From Myxococcota bacterium (GTDB lineage: Bacteria; Myxococcota_A; UBA796; GCA-2862545): a stretch of DNA of 20,019 nucleotides. Below are positions 1-9,805 of the stretch, one piece after another. Numbering within the stretch: position 1 is the stretch's first letter; the number at the start of each line of letters is the position of its first letter. Location of the stretch: positions 1 through 20,019 of the forward strand of contig JBCCQY010000173.1 of assembly GCA_039208735.1 (NCBI GenBank). Reading direction: 5' to 3'. Below the pieces are notes generated by a model. That model made no database searches, had not been told where the DNA came from, and worked only from the letters and a program-made list of their open reading frames with translations. The position numbers and the translations under genes are program-made.

Positions 1-32
1 CGATCACCGTCGCCACATTGGACCAGCCATGA
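1..32 (+). CDS. 3' end of an upstream gene (partial), possibly another Tad/TadE-cluster protein
   Basis: Frame 3..32 reads ITVATLDQP-stop. Its TGA (30-32) overlaps the ATG (29-31) of the next gene as ATGA, which suggests translational coupling. The identity is inferred from context only. Confidence 0.4.
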   Translation, partial: ITVATLDQP

Positions 33-421
33 TGAACCGTCGCCGCGGTGCCAATGCCATTGAATTCGCACTGACGCTTCCGGCCTTTCTATTGGCCTTT
101 TTGGGTACTTTGCAACTGGGTTTGTTCTTCTTTGCGTGGATGATGGCCGACGAGGGCGCGCGTCGCGCCTGCAACACCGCGGCCATGCTCGATGAGTCGT
201 CGGCGAACCTTAGCGACCTCGCCAAGACCGAAATGAACACCTACTACGGCCTCGGTGGGTTCACGTGCGCGAGCCTTGGCTGTGACGCTCAGTTGTCGGG
301 GGCGGCGCCGGGCCGGGTGCTGCGGTGCTCCGCCTCGGCCGATCTCTCCGACATCTACGGCCTGCAAATCCTCCCGCTGTCGCTCAACGTTCAGCACGAA
401 CGGCTGCTCGCCTTTCAATAG
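29..421 (+). CDS. tadE: TadE/TadG-family Flp pilus pseudopilin
   Basis: Class III prepilin signal RRRG|ANAIEFALTLP (G at -1, E at +5, then F), a hydrophobic helix, a DEGARRA segment typical of TadE, and a Cys-containing C-terminal domain. Confidence 0.85.
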   Translation: MMNRRRGANAIEFALTLPAFLLAFLGTLQLGLFFFAWMMADEGARRACNTAAMLDESSANLSDLAKTEMNTYYGLGGFTCASLGCDAQLSGAAPGRVLRCSASADLSDIYGLQILPLSLNVQHERLLAFQ

Positions 422-424
422 GCG

Positions 425-3400
425 CTACAGGGTGACGGACGCGCCCAAGGCGTGGCGAAGCGCGAGGTAGGTCCGAATCAGGCGGTGACGGGCCCGATCG
501 CGATCGGCCTGCTGGCGGCTCGCCGCGGCTTGAAGTTGAAGCACGTCGATGATCGTGGCTCGCCCCGCGGCGTACTGCGCCTCGACCAGTCGCAGGGCTT
601 CCTGGGCCTGCTCGAGGGCCGCATCCCGCACGGGGACGGCTTCTTGCGCCACGCGGTATTGGGCTTGAGCACTCGCCCATGCCACCGTGAACTGGCGGTC
701 GAGTTCATCCCGATCCGCTCGGAGCGCGGCAACCTGGCGCGTCAACGCACGGTCTTGCGCCTGTCGAGCCCCGCGGGCCACCGGGGTCCACGCGGCGACG
801 ACGGACCCCTGCAACCACGTGTTGGGCACAAGCACTTGGTTGTTGGTGCCAGAGAAGCGACCCTCGAGCGAGACGGTGGGAAGCGCGTCACCCCGCAGCG
901 CGGTCCGTTGACGGCGCACGGCGGTAATGGCGGCATCGAGCGCCCCTTGCTCGGGGCGGTCCGCACGATCGGGCAGGAGGTCGGGAAGCGCGAGTTCCTG
1001 CTTGACACAGGTGAGCGCGGTCTCCGCGCCGGTGGCCGCCGCCAAAGCCACTTGGGCGACGTCCTGCTGTTGCTCAAGGGCAAATCGCTGTTGGACGGCA
1101 TCGAGACGGGCCACCTCGATCTGCAGGGCGTCGGATTTGAGGGCCCGTCCTTCGCGGCGCAGCGCCTCAACCCGCTGCGCCTGTTGTTCAAGGGCCGTGA
1201 TCTGGTCGGTCAAGGCCTGGATGGCGGCGGTGAGGTCCCACTGGTCGAGGCAGGCATTGGCGGCCGCCAGTCGAGCGTCGCGCGTGGTGGCTTCGCGCTC
1301 TGCGGTGCGCTGGTTGCGTTGGGCGCGGGCGGCCTGCCACCGAGCCCAGTCTCCGGCGGCAAGCACGGACACCTGCAACACGGCCGCCCCTTCGATCGTG
1401 TCTTGGGGGGTCTGGAGAATCTCGATGGGTGCATCCGGTACATCGAGCACGAGGTCCGCTTCCCGACGGGTGGCCGTGACCGACCCCGAAACGGCAGGCA
1501 GGAAGGCTTGGCCAAAGGCGGCCTGGGTTTCGGCGGCAGCGGCGGAGTCTCGGTAGGCGGCGGCCTGAACCGAAGGACGCTCGGCGGCCGCATCCATTGC
1601 GGTGGCCAGATCGACGGTGCGCGGCGCGGCTTCGGTGGTCGCGGGCACGAGGAGGAGAGCCAGGCCCATGGCCAATGCGGGGCGAACCCCCGGGGGAAAG
1701 TTGGGCATCTCGTTGCGGAATGTCAGCATGTAGAGCGCGGGGACCACCAGGAGGGTGAGTCCCGTCGAGGCGACCAGGCCGCTGATGAGGGCGCTTGCGA
1801 GCGGTGGCCAAAGCGTGCTCGACGAGAACAGCAAGGGCAACATGCCGACGATCGTGGTCAACGTGGTGAGCAAGATGGGCCGCATGCGTTTGATGACCGC
1901 ATCCGAGACCGCGTCTTTGATGGAAAGGCCTTCCTTCCTGCGCTGATCGATCCAGTCGATCAAGATGATGGCGTTGTTGACCACGATGCCGATGAGCGCG
2001 AACACTCCGAGGAGCGAGGTGAACCCAAACGGCTGTCCACTGATCACCAGGCCGGGAATCACCCCGGTGGCGGCCAAGGGAACGGTGGCGAGCACGATGG
2101 TCACGCGGCGGAACGAGCTGAACTGTGCAAGCAGGAACAAGATGAGCAGCAGTCCACCCATCGGCGCAGCGACCAAGATGGCCGTGTTGGCGCTTTCGGA
2201 GCCTTCGGCCTCGCCGCCAATCTGCAGTTCAAGGTCGTAGGCTTCGACGATCTCGTCCACCTTGGGACGAAGTTCGCCCGCGACCTGGTTGAAGGCGAAG
2301 CCTGGGCGTAGCTGGGCGGCGACCGTCGCAATCCGCTGACGGTCACGGCGATGGAGAACCGTCGGGCGAAACTCGACCGCGGTCGATGCGAAGTTGGCCA
2401 GGGGCGCCGGACCCTTTGGCGACCACACATCGACCGTAGGCAAGTCGGCCAGCGCGAAGCGCTCCCCGGCCCGTGAGCGTACGACGATGTCGATGGGCTC
2501 GGCCTCGGTCCACAGGGATCCCGCCGGAAGCCCGCGGGTCTGTGAGAGAACGGCTTGGGCCACCGTCGCCGGTGCGATTCCCAAGAACGACGTCGCTTCG
2601 TCAATCACGGCCATGGCCAGGGTCGGGGTGCCTTGGCCCAAGTTGTGGCGGACGTCGGTGGTGGCATCGTGGCCCCGGAGCACTTGGTGCAGGGCGTTCG
2701 CCGCATTCCAAAGGTCAACGACATCGTCCCCGACGAGTCGGTACTCAAGGGGCGCTTCGAGGGGCGGACCCTGCTCGAGCTTGCGAGCGATGAAGGCGAC
2801 ACCCGCCAGATCTCGGGTCTGTTGCCGGGCCCACGCGAGCAAGGGCTCAACGTCGGCGGTGGACCGCGTCGTGACGAGCAGCTGGGCGACGTGAGGGGCT
2901 TGGGGTCGTTGCAGAAGATTGTAGTAGAACGGCGGGGTGCTTCGGCCTACGAAGCTCGCGACCTGCGTCACCTCAGGACGTTGGAGCAGCGCGCGTTCGA
3001 AATCCGCTGCCACGTCGCTCGTCGCTTCGAGGTGGGAGCCTTCTGCAAGTTCGAGGGTGAAGACGGCCTGGTTGCGGTCTCCGGCCGGGAAGAACTGCTG
3101 TTGCACGAACGGCAGCAGCAACAGGACGCCGAACACCAGCGCGGTGGCACCGCCCACTGTCGTCCATGGGAACTGGGTGGGCCACTGGCTTAGCCGTGAG
3201 AGCAGCGGCGAGTCGGCGAAGGTTCGGCGGGGATTGGGCTTGAAGAACTGGGCCGCCAGCATCGGCGTGACCGTGATGGCGAAGAAGAAGCTCACGACGA
3301 GTGTGAGCATCACCAGCTGAGGGATGGCCCGAGTGAAGTCGCCCGACGGGCCCTCGGAGAGGAGAAGCGGCACGAAGCTCGCGAGGGTGGTGCCCGTCGC

Positions 3401-4699
3401 GGTGAACAGCGGCCAAGCCAGTTCTCGAACGGTTCCCGAAGCGGCGTCTTCGCCAGATTCTCCCTCATCGATCCGGGCCTGCACTCGCTCGGCCACGACG
3501 ATGGCGTTGTCGACGAGGAGTCCGAGCGACAAGACTAGGGCCGCGACCGAGATCTGCTGGAGGATACCGCCATTGAGCGCATAAATCGCAAGCGACGACA
3601 GAGTGACGAGGGGAACGACGCTCGCCACCACCCCGCCCAGCCGTAGGCCCATGGCGGCGAAGAGGACGAGGCCTACGATCAACGCGCCCTGGAGTAGCGA
3701 GCCCCCGAGGCTCCCGAGCCGACCTTCGACGCGCATTGGCTGATTCGTCACGACGGTCAAGGTTAGGGGCGCCAACTCGGGTCGTAGCCGATCGAGGGTC
3801 GCCTGGACCTCCTCGCCGAACGACACGACGTCGATGCCGGACCGGGGATTGACCCCCACCGCCACCGCCGTCTGTCCGTTGAGCCGCATGAGGGCCTCGG
3901 CGGGCTGGGTCGGTTCATACCGGACGTCCGCGAGCTGCGCCAAAGGCACCGACGAGCCCGATGCTAGCGCGATGGGCATGCCTTCGAGCGCGTCGAGGTC
4001 GGCAAAGTCTGAGCGGGGGTCGACCACCACGGTGCGCCCCCCATCCACGACCCGACCGCCGGGAACGATGGTCGTGCGGATGCCGATCTGCTGGGCGAGT
4101 TGGCCTTTGGAGAGGCCGTAGCGTCGGACGGCAGCATCATCGACGCGAACCGTGATTTGCTCGCCCGGGTCGGGGGTGACGGTGACCTCGCGGGTGTTGC
4201 GGATGCGCCGGAGTTCGTCGGTGAGCGTCTCGGCGGCCTGACGCAACGCGAGGCGGTCGTCGCTGCCCGTGATGGCGACCATCACGCTCTGCAGACGAGT
4301 GAGTTCGTTATCGATGCGGATCGGCAAGGCGGCATCCGGAAGGTCCGCTTGGACCTCCAAGAGCCGCTCTTCCACATCGTCCCAGTAGGGGTCGGGCTCC
4401 GCGATGGTGTCGTCGAGCTGCACGGACATCACCGCCACCCCCGCCCGGGCGGTGGCTCGGATGTGCTCGATTCCTTCGACGTCCGCTAGTGCATCTTCGA
4501 TGGGCTCGACGACAAGCCGTTCCACGCGCTCCGCATCGGCCCCGGGCAGTGGAGCAATCACAAGCCCGTTGCGGTTGGGGAAGGTGGGGTCTTCTTGGCG
4601 CGGCATGACAAACCAGGCGACCAGCCCCGCGAGGGCCAACGCCGAGGCGAGCAGGTAGATCAGACGCCGCTGATCCAGGATGAGACGTTCGAGGCTCAT
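425..4699 (-). CDS. RND efflux permease (AcrB/AcrD/AcrF family) fused to a C-terminal TolC-family outer membrane factor, 1424 aa
   Basis: Residues ~1-995 are an RND permease: MPRQEDP after TM1, PGADAERVERLV, TM4 GLLVDNAIVVAE, TM10 GIVVNNAIILID, RMRPILLTTLTT, WPPLA. Residues ~1025-1424 show two OEP repeats: FLPAVSGS / EGRALKSDALQ and ALPTVSLEG / QYAAGRATIIDVLQ, ending LRHALG. The frame is continuous. Confidence 0.92.
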   Translation of the reverse strand: MSLERLILDQRRLIYLLASALALAGLVAWFVMPRQEDPTFPNRNGLVIAPLPGADAERVERLVVEPIEDALADVEGIEHIRATARAGVAVMSVQLDDTIAEPDPYWDDVEERLLEVQADLPDAALPIRIDNELTRLQSVMVAITGSDDRLALRQAAETLTDELRRIRNTREVTVTPDPGEQITVRVDDAAVRRYGLSKGQLAQQIGIRTTIVPGGRVVDGGRTVVVDPRSDFADLDALEGMPIALASGSSVPLAQLADVRYEPTQPAEALMRLNGQTAVAVGVNPRSGIDVVSFGEEVQATLDRLRPELAPLTLTVVTNQPMRVEGRLGSLGGSLLQGALIVGLVLFAAMGLRLGGVVASVVPLVTLSSLAIYALNGGILQQISVAALVLSLGLLVDNAIVVAERVQARIDEGESGEDAASGTVRELAWPLFTATGTTLASFVPLLLSEGPSGDFTRAIPQLVMLTLVVSFFFAITVTPMLAAQFFKPNPRRTFADSPLLSRLSQWPTQFPWTTVGGATALVFGVLLLLPFVQQQFFPAGDRNQAVFTLELAEGSHLEATSDVAADFERALLQRPEVTQVASFVGRSTPPFYYNLLQRPQAPHVAQLLVTTRSTADVEPLLAWARQQTRDLAGVAFIARKLEQGPPLEAPLEYRLVGDDVVDLWNAANALHQVLRGHDATTDVRHNLGQGTPTLAMAVIDEATSFLGIAPATVAQAVLSQTRGLPAGSLWTEAEPIDIVVRSRAGERFALADLPTVDVWSPKGPAPLANFASTAVEFRPTVLHRRDRQRIATVAAQLRPGFAFNQVAGELRPKVDEIVEAYDLELQIGGEAEGSESANTAILVAAPMGGLLLILFLLAQFSSFRRVTIVLATVPLAATGVIPGLVISGQPFGFTSLLGVFALIGIVVNNAIILIDWIDQRRKEGLSIKDAVSDAVIKRMRPILLTTLTTIVGMLPLLFSSSTLWPPLASALISGLVASTGLTLLVVPALYMLTFRNEMPNFPPGVRPALAMGLALLLVPATTEAAPRTVDLATAMDAAAERPSVQAAAYRDSAAAAETQAAFGQAFLPAVSGSVTATRREADLVLDVPDAPIEILQTPQDTIEGAAVLQVSVLAAGDWARWQAARAQRNQRTAEREATTRDARLAAANACLDQWDLTAAIQALTDQITALEQQAQRVEALRREGRALKSDALQIEVARLDAVQQRFALEQQQDVAQVALAAATGAETALTCVKQELALPDLLPDRADRPEQGALDAAITAVRRQRTALRGDALPTVSLEGRFSGTNNQVLVPNTWLQGSVVAAWTPVARGARQAQDRALTRQVAALRADRDELDRQFTVAWASAQAQYRVAQEAVPVRDAALEQAQEALRLVEAQYAAGRATIIDVLQLQAAASRQQADRDRARHRLIRTYLALRHALGASVTL

Positions 4700-5757
4700 C
4701 GGGTCACCTCCGCGCGCTCGACGCGCTCACCCACGACAAGTCCGATGTGACCGGCCACGATGACCTCGTCGCCGGGACGCAGATCGCCCTCGACGACGAT
4801 GGAAGCGCCCCGGGCTCGCCCGACTCGCACCGAGACAGACTCCGTCGTGCCATCGTCGAGCACTCGTACGACCTCGGTCCGGTCTCCAAAGGGCGACACG
4901 ATCGCGGCCAGGGGCACCACAACGCCCGTGCTCTCACCTGCGGGCACCGCGACGCGAGCCGTGAGTCCGGGCACGATGTCGCTGTCTTGGGGCAACGCCA
5001 CGACCAGGGGGAATCCTCGAGTGCCCGTCGTGGCCGCTCGCGAGACCGATTGCACGCGCCCAGTCACGGGTTCTCGCTCGGCGAGGGGGAACGAGACCGT
5101 GAGCGAGTCGCCTTGGTTCACCGAGGAGGTATCGGCCTCGACGAGCGCCACCTCGACTTCCACTGCATCGAGCGACCGCAAGGCCACGACAGGCTGCCCG
5201 GGGCTCACCACCGCCCCCTCATCGGCCATCCGGGCCGTGATCGTGCCGGTGAAGGGCGCTGTCAGCACCGTTTCGTCCTGCTGCCAACGCGCTTCTGCCA
5301 ACTGGGCTCGCACGGATTCGACGCTGCGTTCCAGGGCTGTCACCCCAGATTTGCGCTGCTCGAGTTCCTCGAAGGCGGCCGCTTCGATTTCGGCCAGGCG
5401 TGCGGCCCGATCTCGGTCCCGGATGGCCTGAGAAAGGCGCTCTTCGAGTTCTGCGAGGCGCCCCCGGGCAGCGTCAACGGTGAGCCCAAAGCGCTCACCC
5501 TCGATGCGGGCAATCGGCTGACCCGCTTCGACCGAATCGCCGGCATCGACGGTGAGCCGCGCAATCCGCCCTCCGACCGCGAACGACAAAACAGCCTCAT
5601 CCGCCGAGCGCACGATGCCTGTGTAGGACCGGGCCGCCGCCTCACCACTTTCACTCACCGACTCCGTTCGAACGACCACGGGCCGAATCGAGGACTCGAC
5701 ACCCGAGGCCCCCGATCCGCACCCCACCAGTGCGAACCATGCGATTACCACCGTCAC
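4696..5757 (-). CDS. RND efflux periplasmic adaptor (membrane fusion protein), probable lipoprotein
   Basis: GTG start preceded by AAAGGAGG. Lipobox-like LVGC, lipoyl half-motifs LSFAVGGRI...GDSVEAGQ and LTAPFTGTI...GAVVSPGQPV, a coiled-coil hairpin, and C-terminal GDLRPGDEVIVAG. ATGA overlap with the RND gene. Confidence 0.92.
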   Translation of the reverse strand: MTVVIAWFALVGCGSGASGVESSIRPVVVRTESVSESGEAAARSYTGIVRSADEAVLSFAVGGRIARLTVDAGDSVEAGQPIARIEGERFGLTVDAARGRLAELEERLSQAIRDRDRAARLAEIEAAAFEELEQRKSGVTALERSVESVRAQLAEARWQQDETVLTAPFTGTITARMADEGAVVSPGQPVVALRSLDAVEVEVALVEADTSSVNQGDSLTVSFPLAEREPVTGRVQSVSRAATTGTRGFPLVVALPQDSDIVPGLTARVAVPAGESTGVVVPLAAIVSPFGDRTEVVRVLDDGTTESVSVRVGRARGASIVVEGDLRPGDEVIVAGHIGLVVGERVERAEVTR

Positions 5758-5809
5758 GTCTGCCTCCTTTTCAGGCCAGGAGGGGAACTCTCGAGCGAAT
5801 TTCCCAATC

Positions 5810-5863
5810 TTGACGTCGTCAACTTGACACCGTCAGGGTATCAATAGTCTTGACGGCGTCAAG
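5810..5863. promoter_or_regulatory. Three TTGAC-N3-GTCAA palindromes, probable TetR operators in the divergent promoter
   Basis: TTGACgtcGTCAA at 5810-5822, TTGACaccGTCAG at 5824-5836 and CTTGACggcGTCAAG at 5849-5863, lying between divergent tetR and efflux genes. Confidence 0.75.
5835..5862 (-). promoter_or_regulatory. Possible sigma70-type promoter for the efflux operon
   Basis: Minus strand: TTGACG (5862-5857), a 16-nt spacer ending in TGa (extended -10), then TACCCT (5840-5835). It overlaps operator copies 2 and 3. Motif match only. Confidence 0.35.
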
Positions 5864-5884
5864 TCTGGAGATCAAGAAAGCTTC

Positions 5885-6499
5885 ATGACGAGTGAGACAG
5901 GACGTTCTGGCTACCATCACGGAGACCTCCGGGCCGCATTGGTCACGGAGGCCTTGGCCCTCATTGAAGAACGAGGTGTCGAGGGCCTTTCCCTTCGGGA
6001 GGTGGCCCGTCGGGCGGGGGTGAGTCGAGCGGCGCCGTACCACCATTTCAAGAACAAAGAGGCGATGGCGGCGGCGGTGGCCGAGTCTGGGTTTCGCGAA
6101 TTGGCGCGATGCATGGATGCCATCGACGATCTTGGCGATCCGAACGCGGAACTTGAAGCGTGTGGCCGGGCTTACCTCGCGTTCGCCTTGAAGAACCCTA
6201 CGCTCTACCGGCTGATGTTCGGCACCAAGATCGAAGCGATGTCGGACCATCCGGAGTTGCAGGACGCCGCTCGCGACTCCTTTGGCCGTCTCGAAGGCCG
6301 GCTGGCGCGCATGGGTGGCTCCTGGTCCGATGCCCAGGCCATCGCGATGGCGATTTGGGCTTCGATGCATGGCATGGCGTTGCTCATCATCGACAATCTG
6401 GGGCCGTACGACACCGCGGCGCCCGCTAACGTCGAACGCTGGACCGAGGCGGTGATGCTGCTCTTGGGACATGGCCTTGAACAGCGAGGCAGCCCATGA
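5885..6499 (+). CDS. TetR/AcrR-family transcriptional regulator (YHHGDL N-terminus, WHG-like C-terminal domain)
   Basis: YHHGDLRAAL, HTH LSLREVARRAGVSRAAPYHHFKNKE, YRLMF and WASMHG. Divergent from the efflux operon. Confidence 0.93.
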   Translation: MTSETGRSGYHHGDLRAALVTEALALIEERGVEGLSLREVARRAGVSRAAPYHHFKNKEAMAAAVAESGFRELARCMDAIDDLGDPNAELEACGRAYLAFALKNPTLYRLMFGTKIEAMSDHPELQDAARDSFGRLEGRLARMGGSWSDAQAIAMAIWASMHGMALLIIDNLGPYDTAAPANVERWTEAVMLLLGHGLEQRGSP

Positions 6500-6559
6500 C
6501 CAACCTTGACTTGGGCAGCTTGTCAACCAGTTCTAGTCTCGACATCCGCGAGGTTTGGC

Positions 6560-7777
6560 ATGTATGACTCCTCCACTGCGGCCCAAGAGATTTCGACGGG
6601 CCGCCAATCCAGTCTTCCCATTGTGGACCAGCAGGGAGGGCGCATTCGCCTCACCCCGCGTGACGAACCACGGTTCGTTGGGGAAGCCCTTTTAGGAACC
6701 GGGGGGACCGGCGAGGTGGTCCGCGCAGCCGACCTCGACATCGGACGTCGGGTGGCCATCAAGCGCTTGCGAGATGACCGATTCCGGCCGAGCGATGTCG
6801 CGCGGTTTGTCCGCGAGATTCAGTTGGTCGGCAGCCTGGAACACCCCAACATCGTTCCGCTCCACGACGTGGGCACCGATGCGGACAATCGGGTGTACGC
6901 GGTCATGAAGTTCGTGGACGGGATGACCCTCAACGAACTGGTGAATCGTCTGCGGGAGGGGGATGCAACAGCCCACGCCCGTTGGGACCACACCGCAAGG
7001 ACCCGGCTGTTCCTGGAGATTTGTCGAGGCGTGGCGTTTGCCCATGATCACGATGTGCTTCACCGCGACATCAAGCCGAGCAACGTGATGGTAGGGCCCG
7101 AGGGCGAGGCCCAGATTCTGGATTGGGGGTTGGCCAAGCGTCGCGACACGCCCGATCTGGTGGATTCCTTCGATGAGGAACCTTCGCTGCATGCTGCCGA
7201 TCTCGACCCGTCGGCGGCTCCGACCTGGGTCCCCCGGTCTCGTCGGATCAGCCAAGGGTCGAGCGACTTCGACACTCGCGAGGGCGCGGTCTTCGGGACG
7301 CCGCCCTACATGTCGCCCGAGCAGGCGCGGGGGGAAGAGTTCGACGAGCGCAGTGAGGTCTTTGCGTTGGGCCTGCTTTTCTGGGAGCTGCTGACCCTTG
7401 CCGACCCGCTGCCTGGTGTGGAGGAGACCGCCAAACAGGTGGATGCGGCGAGCCGTCGCATCGTGCCCCACATCATGACGATGCCGCGCCACGCGTCTCA
7501 GGCGCCAGTGCCGGGTCCGCTCGCGTGGTTTGTGTTCCGCGCCACGCGGCCACAACCCGAAGACCGATTCCCTTCCGTCGACGCCATGATCGAAGAGCTG
7601 CGCCGCGTGGCCGATGGCTCGTTCAAGGTCCAGTGCCCAAGCACCCTTCAGCACCGAGCCCTCGGGTCGCTCGGGCGGCTGGTCGACCGCAATCCGATGC
7701 TCGTACCCTTCGTTGCCTTTGCGACGCTCGTAAGTCTGGTGAGCGTCGGGGTGGCGATCGGCTTGGCCATTAGCTGA
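6560..7777 (+). CDS. Hanks-type Ser/Thr protein kinase with a C-terminal membrane anchor
   Basis: LGTGGTGEV glycine loop, [24 protein letters not shown] (DFG variant), [10 protein letters not shown] and a hydrophobic C-terminal helix. ATG 6560 follows GAGG and is preferred over TTG 6506; the start is uncertain. Confidence 0.9.
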   Translation: MYDSSTAAQEISTGRQSSLPIVDQQGGRIRLTPRDEPRFVGEALLGTGGTGEVVRAADLDIGRRVAIKRLRDDRFRPSDVARFVREIQLVGSLEHPNIVPLHDVGTDADNRVYAVMKFVDGMTLNELVNRLREGDATAHARWDHTARTRLFLEICRGVAFAHDHDVLHRDIKPSNVMVGPEGEAQILDWGLAKRRDTPDLVDSFDEEPSLHAADLDPSAAPTWVPRSRRISQGSSDFDTREGAVFGTPPYMSPEQARGEEFDERSEVFALGLLFWELLTLADPLPGVEETAKQVDAASRRIVPHIMTMPRHASQAPVPGPLAWFVFRATRPQPEDRFPSVDAMIEELRRVADGSFKVQCPSTLQHRALGSLGRLVDRNPMLVPFVAFATLVSLVSVGVAIGLAIS

Positions 7778-8897
7778 GCCTGGTTCGGGCATCTCCGTGG
7801 CGCTCGATCGCCAGTTCAACGAGACGGTCGAGGAGAGCCCCGTACGAAAGGCCGGATGCTTCCCATAGTTTTGGGTACATCGAGATCTGATTGAAGCCCG
7901 GGAACGTGTTCACCTCGTTGAGGAACAGCTCCCCCGTCTTTTGATGAAGCAGGAAGTCGACCCGGGCCATGCCTGCCCCATCGATGGCCTTAAAGGCGCT
8001 CACGGCGAGGTCTCGAACCTGGGTGGCCAACGCCGGATCGAGGTTCGCCGGAATCGTGTATTGCGTGGTGCCGCCGAGGTACTTGTCCTCGTAGTCGTAC
8101 CAGTCCTTGCCGGGGATGACCTCGCCTACCACCGAGGCCTGGGGGTCGTCGTTGCCGAGGACCGCGACCTCGAGTTCACGGACGGGAATGCCCTGCTCGA
8201 TGACGATGCGGCGGTCGTGTCGGCAGGCTTCGAGCAGGCCCTCGCGAAGTTCCTCGGCGGTGGTGCACTTGGAGATACCCACGCTGGACCCCGCGTTCGC
8301 GGGCTTCGTGAACATGGGGAAGCTCAGCGCTTGCTGTAGCGAGGTCACCACGCCGTCGAGTTCGGCATCGATGTCGCGGCGCAGGACGAGTTGGTAGGGC
8401 ACCTGAGGAAGGCCGGCGGCGGCAAACGTCGCCTTCATCACGCCTTTGTCCATGCCTACCGCAGCGGCCAAGACCCCGCAGCCGACGTAGGCCACATCTG
8501 CAATCTCGAGAAAGCCCTGGAGCGTGCCGTCTTCGCCATAAGCGCCGTGAAGCACAGGGATGACGACATCGATGGGTCGAACTCCGGCCATTGGCGCGCC
8601 CCCGATGGGCAAGGCCATGTCCGGCAAGCGACCGCGCGACGTGCGAGGGGTTCCCGCATCACCGAAGGTGCTGGCGAGCGGTGCTCGTCCGAGGAGCTTC
8701 GGGTCGGACCGTTGTTCGAGCTGCAGGAGGGGATCTCCCCCTACGACCCAGCGACCTTCCTTGTCGATACCGATGGGGACGATGTCGTAGCGCTCCGGAT
8801 CGAGGGCTTCCATCACGGCGCGTGCGGACCGGAGCGAGACTTCGTGCTCGCTGTTGCGCCCCCCGAACACCACGCCCACGCGAATCCGCTGGCTCAT
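7770..8897 (-). CDS. ddl: D-alanine--D-alanine ligase (DdlA-type)
   Basis: [51 protein letters not shown], omega loop YDYEDKY, ARVDF and NEVNTFPG. Start set at ATG 8897 (MSQRIRV) after AAGGAG, rather than the 9041 start in the ORF track. Confidence 0.95.
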   Translation of the reverse strand: MSQRIRVGVVFGGRNSEHEVSLRSARAVMEALDPERYDIVPIGIDKEGRWVVGGDPLLQLEQRSDPKLLGRAPLASTFGDAGTPRTSRGRLPDMALPIGGAPMAGVRPIDVVIPVLHGAYGEDGTLQGFLEIADVAYVGCGVLAAAVGMDKGVMKATFAAAGLPQVPYQLVLRRDIDAELDGVVTSLQQALSFPMFTKPANAGSSVGISKCTTAEELREGLLEACRHDRRIVIEQGIPVRELEVAVLGNDDPQASVVGEVIPGKDWYDYEDKYLGGTTQYTIPANLDPALATQVRDLAVSAFKAIDGAGMARVDFLLHQKTGELFLNEVNTFPGFNQISMYPKLWEASGLSYGALLDRLVELAIERHGDARTRLS

Positions 8898-8998
8898 CGA
8901 GGTCTCCTTGTGCTGCCCCCCCGGTAACCGCAGGACTCGTTGTCGGCGCTGGTTGTCGCCCGATCTCGGCGGCGTTACGCGCTCGGCCGGAGGCCGGG

Positions 8999-9805
8999 TT
9001 GCCGACTGGATGGCCCACCTACGCGACACGCGAACATGCACCCCTCAAGCGCGGATTCATCCGGGCGGTGGAACAGCTCACCGGCCGCGTGGCTCTCGGG
9101 CGCCGATACGATCGGGCGCTGCATGCAGGCGAAACCTCGGGTTTTTTCGGGCGAGTCGTTCGGGAACTGAAGATCGAGATCGACCTTCCACCGGCCCACG
9201 AAGCGCATGTTCCACGCGACGGGCCGTTGCTCATGATCGCGAACCATCCGTTTGGGGTCGTGGATGGGCTGATCCTTTGCGATCTGGCAGCTCGCACGCG
9301 AGGGGACTTCAAGATCCTGTTGCACATGGGCTTGTGCCGTGAGCCCGCGCTCGAGCCCTACCTGTTGCCCGTCGATATGGCGCCCGACGAAGAGGCACAG
9401 AAGACCAACCGGTCGTCGATTCGACTGGCGCTGCAGGAGTTGCGCAAAGGCGGCACCCTGCTGCTGTTTCCGGCGGGGGGGATTTCGACCGCGGTAGGGC
9501 TGCGGGGTCCCGTGACCGATCTCGCATGGCACCCCTTGGTCGCGAAGCTGTTCCGCTCCAGTAAATCTCCGGTGCTTCCCGTCCACTTTGCGGGGGCGAA
9601 CAGTCGCTTGTTCCACACCGTGAGCCAGTTCAGCCCCACGATGCGGGCCTCGATTCTGTTGCGCGAACAATGGGCGCGGCGTGGCGCGAAGGTCTCCGTG
9701 CGCGTCGGCGAGCCGCTGACGTGGTCGGACGCCTTCGTGGGGCTCGATGATGCGGCGTTGTCGCTGAAGCTGCGTGAGACGGTCTACGAGACCGGCCGCC
9801 GCTAG
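8999..9805 (+). CDS. Lysophospholipid/glycerolipid acyltransferase family protein (PlsC-like)
   Basis: HX4D-like motif [17 protein letters not shown] and [15 protein letters not shown]. An in-frame TTG at 8999 lies 5 nt after GGAGG. The ORF-track extension to 8591 overlaps ddl and is rejected. Confidence 0.85.
   Translation: MPTGWPTYATREHAPLKRGFIRAVEQLTGRVALGRRYDRALHAGETSGFFGRVVRELKIEIDLPPAHEAHVPRDGPLLMIANHPFGVVDGLILCDLAARTRGDFKILLHMGLCREPALEPYLLPVDMAPDEEAQKTNRSSIRLALQELRKGGTLLLFPAGGISTAVGLRGPVTDLAWHPLVAKLFRSSKSPVLPVHFAGANSRLFHTVSQFSPTMRASILLREQWARRGAKVSVRVGEPLTWSDAFVGLDDAALSLKLRETVYETGRR

Noticed and set aside
452..2311. 619-aa plus-strand ORF and other long antisense ORFs (for example 4747-5847, 6692-7819, 15416-16546, 16422-17840)
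   Set aside because: They are shadow frames opposite well-supported genes in high-GC DNA, with G/R/A-rich translations and no family motifs.
6506..6526. TTGAC-N11-GTCAA after the tetR stop as a fourth operator
   Set aside because: The spacer is 11 nt rather than 3. It may be a -35 element for the kinase or a chance match, and cannot be supported.
6560..7777. Ser/Thr kinase as a phosphorylating antitoxin of the AbiEii-like NTase, or DWG as a sign of a pseudokinase
   Set aside because: It is over 7 kb away in a different transcription unit and is a Hanks-type kinase. DWG keeps the Mg-binding Asp, and the other catalytic residues are intact.
7770..8897. Van-type D-Ala-D-Lac ligase / glycopeptide resistance, given the nearby kinases
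   Set aside because: The omega loop YDYEDKY is of the D-Ala-D-Ala type, there are no vanH/vanX genes, and the kinases are not membrane-bound VanS-like sensors.
8591..9041. ORF-track N-terminal extensions of the acyltransferase (8591) and ddl (9041), implying overlapping divergent genes
   Set aside because: Better starts with RBSs exist at 8999 (TTG) and 8897 (ATG), and family similarity begins there.
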